Of a stretch of 64,000 bases of DNA, positions 9,726-18,968 are shown in pieces (position 1 is the stretch's first letter; every line of letters begins with the position of its first letter). Location of the stretch: positions 231,933 through 295,932 of the forward strand of contig JAEWOE010000006.1 of the NCBI GenBank assembly GCA_023460995.1, read 5' to 3'. The position numbers and the translations under genes are program-made. The notes beneath the pieces were generated by a model. The model was not told the origin of the DNA. It worked only from the letters and a program-made list of their open reading frames with translations, and did no database searches. This DNA is from Bacillota bacterium (GTDB taxonomy: Bacteria > Bacillota_I > Bacilli_A > RF39 > UBA660).

Positions 9726-9738
9726 ATATCTTTTTTTA
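9714..9738 (+). terminator. nadE terminator
   Basis: AAAGATA/TATCTTT palindrome overlapping the stop codon, followed by a T-run at 9731-9737. Confidence 0.55.
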
Positions 9739-9778
9739 TTTTCAGCATGTTATAATATGAACGTAAAGGAGGAATAAT

Positions 9779-10843
9779 GTGATAAAAGATTTATGTTTTG
9801 AAATAATTCAAAAATGTCCAAATAATTGCTTGTTTTGTTCCTCTTGTTCATCAATAGATAAAGAAAATATAATTGATTTAAGTGTATTTAAAAAAACAAT
9901 AGACCATTTAATTAAACTAGGTGGAATAAAAGAAATATCTATTTCGGGTGGAGAACCATTTCTTCATCCAGATTTATTTGAAATGATTAAATATTGTAAA
10001 GATAAAGGAATTAAAGTAATTTTATTTACTAGTGGTATAAAAAGGAAGAAAAAAGTCACAAATTTAGAATTGGAAAACATAGTAAGGGAGATAAATGAAA
10101 AGTATAGAAAGTACATAAATCAAGGTATGGAAGAAAGAGAGTATCAAAAATATATTAAAATAGAAATTGATCAACTAAATTATTTTTATAAACAAGAGTA
10201 TAGTGAAATTTCAAGAAATGAAATGGAATATTTAAAGTATATTGGATTAGATAAAATAGTTTTTGACTTTCAGTCTTCTGAAGAAATTTCTTATAACTAC
10301 GTAATGAATACAAAGAATATGCTAACTAATCTAATTGGTTCAATGGTTAAAGCAACTGTTGCCAAACTAGATACAGATGTACACTTTATTCCAATGAAAT
10401 GTAATTATAAAAATTTCTTAGATATAATAGAATGTTTAAATATAGCTGAAATTAATAACCTTAGTATATTAAATTATGTTCCGCAGGGAAGAGGAGCAGA
10501 TAATGTTGATGAACTTATGCTTACATCAGAGGAAATGTTAGAATTTAAAAAAATATATAGTGAAGGTCTTAAAATTTTTAATGGTAGAATAAGGATAGGT
10601 ATTCCATTAATAAGTGATGATATACACTTGTGTACTGCTGGACTAGATAAGTTAGTAATAAAATATGACGGTACTGTATTACCTTGTCCTGCTTTTAAAG
10701 AATACAATTTAAAGGAACTAAATGAGTTAGGCATAGAGACACCAAATATTTATACCGAATTGGAAAAAGTTCATGTAAAAGTAGGAAGTAGAAATAAACC
10801 ATTATGTAAAGAATTGTATAGATTTAGTGATAGTATAAAATAG
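9779..10843 (+). CDS. Radical SAM protein with a Cys-containing C-terminal (SPASM/twitch-like) region
   Basis: CPNNCLFC (CxxxCxxC) near the N-terminus, ISISGGEPFLHP, and C-terminal CTAGLDKLVIKYDGTVLPCPAF. GTG start 7 nt after AGGAGG. Own TGTTATAAT at 9748-9756. Confidence 0.75.
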   Translation: MIKDLCFEIIQKCPNNCLFCSSCSSIDKENIIDLSVFKKTIDHLIKLGGIKEISISGGEPFLHPDLFEMIKYCKDKGIKVILFTSGIKRKKKVTNLELENIVREINEKYRKYINQGMEEREYQKYIKIEIDQLNYFYKQEYSEISRNEMEYLKYIGLDKIVFDFQSSEEISYNYVMNTKNMLTNLIGSMVKATVAKLDTDVHFIPMKCNYKNFLDIIECLNIAEINNLSILNYVPQGRGADNVDELMLTSEEMLEFKKIYSEGLKIFNGRIRIGIPLISDDIHLCTAGLDKLVIKYDGTVLPCPAFKEYNLKELNELGIETPNIYTELEKVHVKVGSRNKPLCKELYRFSDSIK

Positions 10844-10863
10844 ATTTGTTTGGAGATGTATTG

Positions 10864-10938
10864 ATGAAAAAAATCAGAATCAAATATTTTACTTATAATT
10901 GCCGTATCTATTTATATGACATTAAAAATAATAGATAA
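10864..10938 (+). CDS. Candidate 24-aa mini-ORF (MKKIRIKYFTYNCRIYLYDIKNNR) directly downstream of the radical SAM gene
   Basis: GGAG at 10852-10855 lies 8 nt before the ATG. There is no other support. Confidence 0.2.
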   Translation: MKKIRIKYFTYNCRIYLYDIKNNR

Positions 10939-11095
10939 GTTAATATTTAAAATTCCTGATATGGTTTACGTAGTACTTATTTTTATATGTATTGGAATAG
11001 TATTTAGTGCTTTAAAGAGTCAAAAGCAAGAAAAATGATTATTGTTGACTTAATTTTTGATTTATAGTTAAATATATATAATAGGAGGTTAGAAA

Positions 11096-11938
11096 ATGAA
11101 TAATAATTTTGTTTTAAATAATGAAATAATAATACCAAATATTGGATATGGAACTTGGAAGAGTCCTAATGATAAAACAACTATTGATGCAGTTTTATTA
11201 GCTATAAAAAATGGTTATAGACATATTGATACAGCAGCCATATATGGAAATGAAGAAAGTGTTGGTAAAGCAATTAAAATGTGTGGAGTTCCAAGGGATC
11301 AGTTATTTATAACTAGTAAAGTTTGGAACACAAATAGAGGATACAAAAAGACGTTGCTTGCTTTTGAAGAAACTCTTAAAAAATTAGATTTAGAATATCT
11401 GGATTTGTATTTGATACACTGGCCAGCTTCCCCAAACCAGTTTGAAAACTGGAATGAAATAAATTTAGATACATGGAGAGCTTTAGAAAAATTATATAAA
11501 GATGGCAAAGTAAAATCTATAGGAGTTAGTAATTTTAGAAAACACCATTTAGAAATAATATTAGAAAATTACGATGTAAAACCTATGATTAATCAGTTAG
11601 AAATTCATCCAGGTTTTTTACAAGAAGAACTTTGCAATTTTTGTAATGAAAATGATATTGTTGTAGAAGCTTACAGTCCGCTTGGTTCAGGAGAAGTATT
11701 GAAAAACGAAGTTTTGCTTAATTTATCAGTTAAGTATAATAAGTCAGTAGCGCAACTATGTATTAGATGGTGCTTACAGCATAATACTTTACCTCTTCCT
11801 AAATCAGTTACTGAGAGCCGTATTATTGAAAATTCACAAGTTTTTGATTTTCAAATAAGTGATGAAGATATGATAATAATGGATAACATAAAATTAAGTG
11901 AAGGATTAGGAGTAGATCCAGATAAAGTAGACTTTTAA
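11096..11938 (+). CDS. Aldo/keto reductase (2,5-diketo-D-gluconate reductase-like)
   Basis: 280 aa with GYRHIDTAAIYGNE, LDLYLIHWP and IGVSNF motifs. Confidence 0.85.
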   Translation: MNNNFVLNNEIIIPNIGYGTWKSPNDKTTIDAVLLAIKNGYRHIDTAAIYGNEESVGKAIKMCGVPRDQLFITSKVWNTNRGYKKTLLAFEETLKKLDLEYLDLYLIHWPASPNQFENWNEINLDTWRALEKLYKDGKVKSIGVSNFRKHHLEIILENYDVKPMINQLEIHPGFLQEELCNFCNENDIVVEAYSPLGSGEVLKNEVLLNLSVKYNKSVAQLCIRWCLQHNTLPLPKSVTESRIIENSQVFDFQISDEDMIIMDNIKLSEGLGVDPDKVDF

Positions 11939-11942
11939 GACG

Positions 11943-11967
11943 AAAGACTTTCATAGTCTTTTTTTTG
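11943..11967 (+). terminator. Intrinsic terminator
   Basis: AAAGACT/AGTCTTT stem followed by T7. Confidence 0.65.
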
Positions 11968-12015
11968 TGATGTTTTCAAATAATATGTTATAATAATGCA
12001 TTAGAGGGTGACGGT

Positions 12016-13053
12016 ATGAAGCGTAATAAAGAGATAGATAGTTATTTTAATATTCTTTGTAAAGGTGATTATCCATATTTTATAGATAGATATATTGATA
12101 CAGTAGAAATGCAAAGATTAGCATATGTAGGACAATTTTGTGGATGTGATTATACTAAAATACATAATATTAAATATTGGTATTCAAGACTAGAACACAG
12201 TATAGCAACTGCTTTAATGACTTGGAATTTCACTAAAGATAAGACCCAAACTTTAGCTGCTTTATTTCATGATTTAGGAACTCCTACATTTAGTCATTGC
12301 ATTGATTATGTTATGGGGGATACAGTTAATCAAGAAAGTTCAGAGATTGATGTTTTTACTATCATTAAAAGTTCTTCAAAAATAGCTAAGTATTTAAAAG
12401 ATGACGATGTAAATATTGATGATTTAGAAGACCTTGAGAAGTACCCAATTGTCGAGAATAAAAAACCAAAATTATGTGTAGATAGACTCGATGGAGTATT
12501 ACATACTTGCCTTATTTGGCAACAGTACTGGGATTTATCCACAGTAAAAAAAGTTTATGACAATATAGTTGTTCTTAATAATGAATTTGATGAGTTAGAA
12601 ATTGGTTTTCAAAATCAAGAAATAGCTGAATTATTTTTTGATGGTGTTTTCAAATATAGTATCGAACTTCAAAAAAATGAAGATAAGTACGCAATGCAGT
12701 TCATAGCGGATATTATTAAGGATATGATAGATAAAAAAATATTAAAAATAAAAGATCTATATGAACTTAAAGAAAAAGCTATAGTGTCTATGATGTTTGA
12801 ATTATATGATGAATTTGAGCAATTTAATATTGCTGAAAAGATAGAAAGAACTGATGAAATTCCAGTTGATTATTACTATGTTTCAGTTGACGCTAAGAAG
12901 AGATATGTAATTCCTATATGTGTAAATGGTAATGAAATCGCAAGATTAGACACATTTTCAACCGACTGTAAAGAAAAACTAGAGGAATATCTAAATTTTA
13001 AAGATTCTAAGTATGCATATGTAAAAAAAATCAAAAAAATAAGGAAGAATTAA
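12016..13053 (+). CDS. HD-domain phosphohydrolase (dNTP triphosphohydrolase/YdhJ-like signature)
   Basis: RLEHS...LFHDLGTPTFSH resembles the R..HS / HDxGHxPFSH pattern of HD-domain dNTPases. Confidence 0.55.
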   Translation: MKRNKEIDSYFNILCKGDYPYFIDRYIDTVEMQRLAYVGQFCGCDYTKIHNIKYWYSRLEHSIATALMTWNFTKDKTQTLAALFHDLGTPTFSHCIDYVMGDTVNQESSEIDVFTIIKSSSKIAKYLKDDDVNIDDLEDLEKYPIVENKKPKLCVDRLDGVLHTCLIWQQYWDLSTVKKVYDNIVVLNNEFDELEIGFQNQEIAELFFDGVFKYSIELQKNEDKYAMQFIADIIKDMIDKKILKIKDLYELKEKAIVSMMFELYDEFEQFNIAEKIERTDEIPVDYYYVSVDAKKRYVIPICVNGNEIARLDTFSTDCKEKLEEYLNFKDSKYAYVKKIKKIRKN

Positions 13054-13066
13054 TTCTTCCTTTTTA
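13041..13066 (+). terminator. Intrinsic terminator
   Basis: AAGGAAGAATT/AATTCTTCCTT followed by a T-run. Confidence 0.65.
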
Positions 13067-13119
13067 TTATTTTATTTCCACAGTATAAAAAATATGTTAG
13101 AATTAAATAGGTGATAAAA

Positions 13120-14007
13120 ATGTGGTTTATGTATGCAATTATGACTTTTTTAGCATGGGCAGTAGCTGATTTATTTTACAAAAAAGGAAATAACGAAAAC
13201 GATAGATATAGTCATTTAAAAACAGGATTAGCAGTTGGAACTATTATGGGTATACATGCGACTGCATATTTGTTTTTCAATAAAACGAATATAAACATAA
13301 TTGATATATTAAAGTATTTACCTGTTTCTTTATGTTATATTACATCAATGGTTATTGGATATAAGGGATTAAAATATTTAGAACTTTCAATATCTTCTCC
13401 TATTCAAAATTCTTCAGGAATTATTACTTCAATTCTACTTTGTTTAATATTTAACATAGCATTATCAAAATTAGAGATAATTGGAATAAGCATTGTTTTT
13501 TTTGGGGTTGTTTCACTTTCATTATTTGAAACATATTATGATAAGAGTAATAGACAAAAAATTTTTAAGAATTTGACTATAATGGCAGTTTTTTTTCCAA
13601 TCATATATTGTATTTTTGATGGTGTAGGAACATTTCTAGATTCTTTATACCTAGATCAATTAGAGTTAATAACAGAAGATGTTGCTTTAGTAGCGTATGA
13701 GTATACTTTTTTTATGTATGCAATTGGAATAATTCTTTTTCTAAAAATCAAAAAAGTTCCAGTTATAATAAAAAGAGAAAAAAACAAGATATATGCTGCA
13801 TTATTTGAAACATTTGGACAATTTACATATGTATTTGCTGTTTCATCTCATTCAGTGATAACGGTACCTATTATAGCTTGCTACAGTGCTTTATCTGTTT
13901 TATTGTCTAGAATATTTTTGAAAGAAAAACTAAACATTTTACAGTATATGGCAATACTAACTATTTTTATAGGAATATTAATCCTAGGTATATCAGAAGT
14001 ATTATAA
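13120..14007 (+). CDS. Polytopic membrane protein, DMT/EamA-like transporter
   Basis: About 10 hydrophobic segments. Start set at ATG 13120, after GGTGAT-AAAA. Confidence 0.5.
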   Translation: MWFMYAIMTFLAWAVADLFYKKGNNENDRYSHLKTGLAVGTIMGIHATAYLFFNKTNINIIDILKYLPVSLCYITSMVIGYKGLKYLELSISSPIQNSSGIITSILLCLIFNIALSKLEIIGISIVFFGVVSLSLFETYYDKSNRQKIFKNLTIMAVFFPIIYCIFDGVGTFLDSLYLDQLELITEDVALVAYEYTFFMYAIGIILFLKIKKVPVIIKREKNKIYAALFETFGQFTYVFAVSSHSVITVPIIACYSALSVLLSRIFLKEKLNILQYMAILTIFIGILILGISEVL

Positions 14008-14079
14008 AAGGGCAAATATTAAATTTGTCTTTTTTAGTCCTAATATATATATGCTATAATATAATAAGAGGTGGCTTTA

Positions 14080-14877
14080 TTGAAAATATTAATGAGTATA
14101 AATTATAAATTTATGTCTAAAACTCCTAAAGATTTAATTGATATAATAAACAAGCAAAATTCACAAGTAGCTGGTTTTGAAGTGTGTGTAAATATTTATA
14201 ATGAGAACGAAGTTAATTATTTAAGGAAACTTGCTTTTGAAGCTTATAGAAACAATTTGGTACTACAAATGCATGGTACTACTTATAATAATGATAATGA
14301 AAACTTTCGATATTTAGATTTCATTAATGAAATTAGTAATATTATGCAATCAAGTATAAGTATTGTATATCATTCTTTATATAATGAAAAAAAAGAAGAA
14401 AGTATTAAAAATAGTATAAACTTCTTTAATAAAGTAACAGATTATATAAAACAAAAAAATTATAATATCACTTTGAGTATAGAGAATCTAAATGATTTGG
14501 ATAATCAAGATAGACTAAATAAAAACGACTTAATACCAATATTAGAATCAGTTCCAAATTTAAATTTCACCTATGATATTGGTCATGAATTAATTGATTA
14601 TGGAAATATAATTGACTTGAAAGAGATTCTTTTAAATAGATTAATAAATGTACATATTCATACATTTAACAATTGTTATGACCATCAAATTTTAACAGAT
14701 ATTGATGAACATAAAAATCAGTGGATTAAAGGAATAACATATTTAAAAATTGTAGGATATGATAATACTCTTGTTTTAGAATATGATATTAATGCTTATA
14801 AATATGATTATTTTGATGAAAAGTTAATTGCATATCTAAAGTCAATTAATGTAATAAATGAATATTTCTATGATTAA
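14080..14877 (+). CDS. Possible xylose-isomerase-like TIM-barrel protein (sugar phosphate isomerase/epimerase family)
   Basis: Spaced H/E/D motifs (QMHGT, SIENL, YDIGHE, NVHIHT, VLEYD). TTG 14080 lies 6 nt after AGAGGTG. Confidence 0.35.
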   Translation: MKILMSINYKFMSKTPKDLIDIINKQNSQVAGFEVCVNIYNENEVNYLRKLAFEAYRNNLVLQMHGTTYNNDNENFRYLDFINEISNIMQSSISIVYHSLYNEKKEESIKNSINFFNKVTDYIKQKNYNITLSIENLNDLDNQDRLNKNDLIPILESVPNLNFTYDIGHELIDYGNIIDLKEILLNRLINVHIHTFNNCYDHQILTDIDEHKNQWIKGITYLKIVGYDNTLVLEYDINAYKYDYFDEKLIAYLKSINVINEYFYD

Positions 14878-14903
14878 TATGTTATAATGAAAGTGGTGAT
14901 AAT

Positions 14904-15950
14904 ATGATAGATACAAGTAATGAAGATCAAATAAGAGTTTATAATGATAAACTAAAAATATTAAGAAATCAAATAGATGAAACAGGTTATAATGAAAATA
15001 ATTTGAAAATTGTTATAACTGCTAATATGTTTCCTGAGGAGAGAACTGTTCTTCCTTCTGGAAAAGAGCCATATGTTTATAAAAATCCTGATTGCTCATT
15101 AGGAATAATAGTTAGGGATAGAATAGATAAAGTTGATGGAATTGATAAGTATGATGATAGCCAACTGGCTACTTTAAAACTTCAATCAGAAAAATACATG
15201 CCATATAATTCAAAATATGTTTCTGTTGTTTACGCAGCAATTAATGGGTTATATCCCGATTATTATGCAACTAATTATATAATAGTTGATAGTTTTAAAG
15301 AACATGTTGCTAATGAAAAAATATTATCTATGCGTCCTGAAACAACTTTATTTACAGGTGCGGTAACACTTACTAATGAAGCTGTAATATTAATTAAAAG
15401 TGAGAATTTGGAGGCTTTCAGTAATAAGTACCCAGAACTTAATAGAATGAATGTAGTAACTTTTAAGGGGGACCCAGCCCAAGCACTAAGTATGTATTTG
15501 GTTAATATTGGAATAGTACCTGAAAAGATGACAAAAGATTTTGTTGTTACTTCTCCAACTTCATTTAAATTTAATGAGTTTATTAATCAATACTCAGCAA
15601 GTAAAAAAATACCTCTTTTGAAATATGAAGAATTAGATTTTTATGAAAGCGATCAAAAGAATACTGAAATACTAGAAAAAATTTATGATGAAACTTTCTA
15701 TGGCTTCTTATTAAAGGCTATTAATGTTCCAGAAGAAAGTTACCCAGAATTATTCAAAAGGTTATGTGAAGGTGACCGTTATGATGCTGACAATTTAATT
15801 ATTTTAGATGGTATAATTGATAGTATTGGTGCTCAAGGTTTAATTGACATAGTTAATTCATTTAATGGTAAGATTGATGAAATGATTAGAGATAAAAAAT
15901 ATCCCGTTAATGAAAAAATAATTGAAAATAAAAAAATAGAATTAATCTAA
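14904..15950 (+). CDS. Hypothetical protein (348 aa)
   Basis: ORF with TGTTATAAT (14880-14888), GGTGAT (14895-14900) and its own terminator. Confidence 0.6.
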   Translation: MIDTSNEDQIRVYNDKLKILRNQIDETGYNENNLKIVITANMFPEERTVLPSGKEPYVYKNPDCSLGIIVRDRIDKVDGIDKYDDSQLATLKLQSEKYMPYNSKYVSVVYAAINGLYPDYYATNYIIVDSFKEHVANEKILSMRPETTLFTGAVTLTNEAVILIKSENLEAFSNKYPELNRMNVVTFKGDPAQALSMYLVNIGIVPEKMTKDFVVTSPTSFKFNEFINQYSASKKIPLLKYEELDFYESDQKNTEILEKIYDETFYGFLLKAINVPEESYPELFKRLCEGDRYDADNLIILDGIIDSIGAQGLIDIVNSFNGKIDEMIRDKKYPVNEKIIENKKIELI

Positions 15951-15962
15951 TTCTATTTTTTT
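15934..15962 (+). terminator. Intrinsic terminator
   Basis: AAATAGAATT/AATTCTATTT followed by a T-run. Confidence 0.6.
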
Positions 15963-16000
15963 ATGTTATACTATTTTATAATAAGATAGGGGAATTAATT

Positions 16001-16417
16001 ATGAGTAATATAGATGTTCAAAATATGAAATACGGTTTAGACCGTAAAATATATAAAGTTCTTGGTATGTCTAAAAAAGACTATATGGGAACTTATGATT
16101 TTATTGTAAGACAAACAATAAATTATGAAAAAAAATCTAACGGTAAAGATTCTAATAAAATTATTACCATTATTTCCAATCCAGAAGGCAACTATATTGA
16201 CTATGTCAAAGGAAAAAAACAAGATCAAAATAATCTTAGCTTTGGCAAGCGTTGTGTGTTTATTAAAAATAATATTATAATTACAGGTGCAGGAGAAGAG
16301 CCTAATGTAGCATTATTACTGCTTAAAATTAAGGCGATAAGTAAGTTGTTTTTTAATTTAGCTATAGTAATATTATTTATATATTTAGGATATAGATTAT
16401 TAATGATGCTTTTATAG
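16001..16417 (+). CDS. Hypothetical protein with a C-terminal TM anchor
   Basis: 138-aa ORF, RBS AGGGGA, hydrophobic C-terminus. Confidence 0.5.
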   Translation: MSNIDVQNMKYGLDRKIYKVLGMSKKDYMGTYDFIVRQTINYEKKSNGKDSNKIITIISNPEGNYIDYVKGKKQDQNNLSFGKRCVFIKNNIIITGAGEEPNVALLLLKIKAISKLFFNLAIVILFIYLGYRLLMMLL

Positions 16418-16423
16418 TAATAA

Positions 16424-16553
16424 TGTGGAAAACTCATTATTTTAAAAAAATGAATTAAAATTACAAAAAAATGTGGAAAAAAGTAACATTTTTGTGGAAA
16501 AAGTGAACAAAAGTACTTGTCTAAAACAAAAACAACAATAGAATTGTGGAAAA
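16424..16553 (+). repeat. Four direct copies of TGTGGAAAA in a convergent intergenic region
   Basis: Copies at 16424-16432, 16472-16480, 16493-16501 and 16545-16553. The first and last sit in hairpin loops. Confidence 0.7.
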
Positions 16554-16559
16554 CTATTG

Positions 16560-17450
16560 TTATTTTTGCTTTTTTAATTGATTACAAAATTCTTTTGCTA
16601 CTGGGCTAAGAAGTGCATTTTCTAATGTTGTAATACCATATTCAATTTTTGAAAGTTCGGGTTTAATATTTATTTCAAAAACTTCATTTCTTTTTAACTC
16701 TTCTTTGATATATTCTTTTGTAGCTATGCCTATCCCATACCCAATTTTAGTAAAATTTTCTACTAGTGATAAACTTGCTACTTCCATTTTGTAGTCTATT
16801 TTCATGAACTGATCATTAAAATATTTATTTAAACGTAATCTTGTTAGTGAAGAATCTGTTGGAAGTATAATTGGATATTTTATTATCTCGTTTAATGAAA
16901 CTTCTCTACCTAATAATTCTTTATAATCGTTATTACAAATAAAAGTATCATGTAAATCTCCAATTTTATAATATGAAAGACCTGTTTCTTTTTTTGAAGG
17001 AAATTTTGTGAATAGCAAATCTAATTTTCCATCTTTTAAATGTTTAATAAGATCACATGTTGGTCCAATTGCTATTTCTACTCTTACATTAGGATACTTT
17101 TTATGAAGTACTTCGAGTACGGGTATTAAAAATACTTTTGTTAATGATTTTCCTGTACCAATTTTAATTACGCCTGATTCTATTTTATTTAGAGAATTAG
17201 AAATGTTTTCAATATTCCTTATGTACTTCATTGCTTCTTTAATTTGGCTATATACTTCTTCACCATTGCTAGTTAGTATGACCCCTCTCTTAGTTCTAAT
17301 AAAAAGTTGAAAACCAAGTATTTCTTCTAGATTTTTAATTTGTTTTGTTATAGCCGGCTGAGATATATGTAATTCATTACTAGCTTTAGTGATATTTTTA
17401 TTTTTTGCCACTATATAAAAAATGTTGTATAGTTCTAAATTAATATTCAT
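16560..17450 (-). CDS. LysR-family transcriptional regulator
   Basis: N-terminal wHTH (ASNELHISQPAITKQIKNLEE) and a LysR substrate-binding domain. Divergent from the Nudix-PHP gene. Confidence 0.85.
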   Translation of the reverse strand: MNINLELYNIFYIVAKNKNITKASNELHISQPAITKQIKNLEEILGFQLFIRTKRGVILTSNGEEVYSQIKEAMKYIRNIENISNSLNKIESGVIKIGTGKSLTKVFLIPVLEVLHKKYPNVRVEIAIGPTCDLIKHLKDGKLDLLFTKFPSKKETGLSYYKIGDLHDTFICNNDYKELLGREVSLNEIIKYPIILPTDSSLTRLRLNKYFNDQFMKIDYKMEVASLSLVENFTKIGYGIGIATKEYIKEELKRNEVFEINIKPELSKIEYGITTLENALLSPVAKEFCNQLKKQK

Positions 17451-17462
17451 AATAACCTCCCG

Positions 17463-17477
17463 TTATGATAGACATAA
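17463..17477. promoter_or_regulatory. Candidate LysR box (T-N11-A type dyad) in the divergent promoter region
   Basis: TTATG-ATAGA-CATAA dyad between the LysR gene and the Nudix-PHP gene. Confidence 0.35.
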
Positions 17478-17536
17478 GATATTTGTATTTTAATTATAAC
17501 AGTTGATAAGGTATAATTCAAGTAAGGAAGTGTATT

Positions 17537-18931
17537 ATGAATAAAGAAATAATAATTAATGAAGGAAATTTACAATCTGATGAAGTAAATGATAGAAAGC
17601 AAAAAAGTCGTTTGATAGTTATAAATAATAATAATCAAATTTTACTTCAAAATTATGATGGAGTATTTATGTTGCCGGGTGGAAAAATTGATAAAGAGGA
17701 AACAATTGTTTCAGGACTTGTTAGGGAAATTAGAGAAGAGACAGGTTTACTAATCAATACTAACGAAATAAAATCATTAGTAACGATTAAAAATTATGCT
17801 AGAGATTATCCTAGAAGAGATAGTAGTTATAAAATTAATAAATTAGTTGAAACAAGCTACTTTTATTTAAGATGTAATAGTAATATAAGTAAAGGACAAA
17901 GCGATCTTACTTTAAGTGAAAAAAATTACAACTTAACTACACAGTTTGTAGATATAGATAGAATACCTACACTTATTATTAATAATGATTCAACTAATCC
18001 ACGTAAAAAATTCTATGATGAAGAATTATTGAAGGTATTAGATGAGATTAAAAATACAAATATAATTGGTTATAAAGATAATGATAAACTAATAGACATG
18101 CATATTCATTCAAGTTATTCAGACGGAGACTATGAACCAGTAGAAATAACTAAAATGGTTAAAAAGGCAGGAATTGAAGTATTTTCTATTACTGATCATG
18201 ATACTGTACTAGGCTGTATGCAATTAGTTGGATATTCTACACCAGGTATAATGTTTATTCCTGGTGTAGAATTAAATGCTTCCGTTGTCAAAGGAAGAAT
18301 GCATATATTAGGATATAACTTTAATATATATAATAAAGATCTATTAAAATTACTTCAAGACAAAAAGAATAATTCTTATAGATCAATAGAACTTATGTAT
18401 CAGTATATGCACAATGAACATGGAGTTACTATTCCATCATTTGAACTTGATAATTTATTTAAAAAAACAGGTAATATAGGTAGACCGGATTTAGCTATAT
18501 TATTAAGAAAATATGGCTATGCAATTGATAATAATGATGCATTTAAAAAATACTTAGTTGAGGCTTATGAGAAAACTTTTTATGATAGAATTACAACATC
18601 TAAAGAAGAGTGTATTGATGTTTTAAAGAAATCAGGTGCATATATATCTATTGCTCATCCTATAACCTTAAAGATGGACTATGAAGAATTAAAAAAAGAA
18701 CTAATTTATTTAAAGAGCTTAGGACTAGATGCTATTGAAATTTGCCATAGTAATCAGTCAGAGGAATATAGAAATATCTTAAGAATTTTAAGAGATGAGT
18801 TAAATTTATATGAAACTGGTGGTAGTGACTATCATGGACCAAATGTTAAACCAGATATAGAATTAGGCACAGGTAGAAACAATAATATAAAAATAAAAGA
18901 GTTAAAGTTGCTTAATAAAATGCAAAATTAA
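17537..18931 (+). CDS. Nudix hydrolase - PHP (polymerase/histidinol phosphatase) phosphoesterase fusion protein
   Basis: Nudix box GGKIDKEETIVSGLVREIREETGL (N-terminal half). PHP motifs IDMHIHSSYSDGD, ITDHD, AHP and GGSDYHG (C-terminal half). Confidence 0.8.
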   Translation: MNKEIIINEGNLQSDEVNDRKQKSRLIVINNNNQILLQNYDGVFMLPGGKIDKEETIVSGLVREIREETGLLINTNEIKSLVTIKNYARDYPRRDSSYKINKLVETSYFYLRCNSNISKGQSDLTLSEKNYNLTTQFVDIDRIPTLIINNDSTNPRKKFYDEELLKVLDEIKNTNIIGYKDNDKLIDMHIHSSYSDGDYEPVEITKMVKKAGIEVFSITDHDTVLGCMQLVGYSTPGIMFIPGVELNASVVKGRMHILGYNFNIYNKDLLKLLQDKKNNSYRSIELMYQYMHNEHGVTIPSFELDNLFKKTGNIGRPDLAILLRKYGYAIDNNDAFKKYLVEAYEKTFYDRITTSKEECIDVLKKSGAYISIAHPITLKMDYEELKKELIYLKSLGLDAIEICHSNQSEEYRNILRILRDELNLYETGGSDYHGPNVKPDIELGTGRNNNIKIKELKLLNKMQN

Positions 18932-18968
18932 AACTCTTTTTTGTGTTATAATTATAATAGGTGATAGT

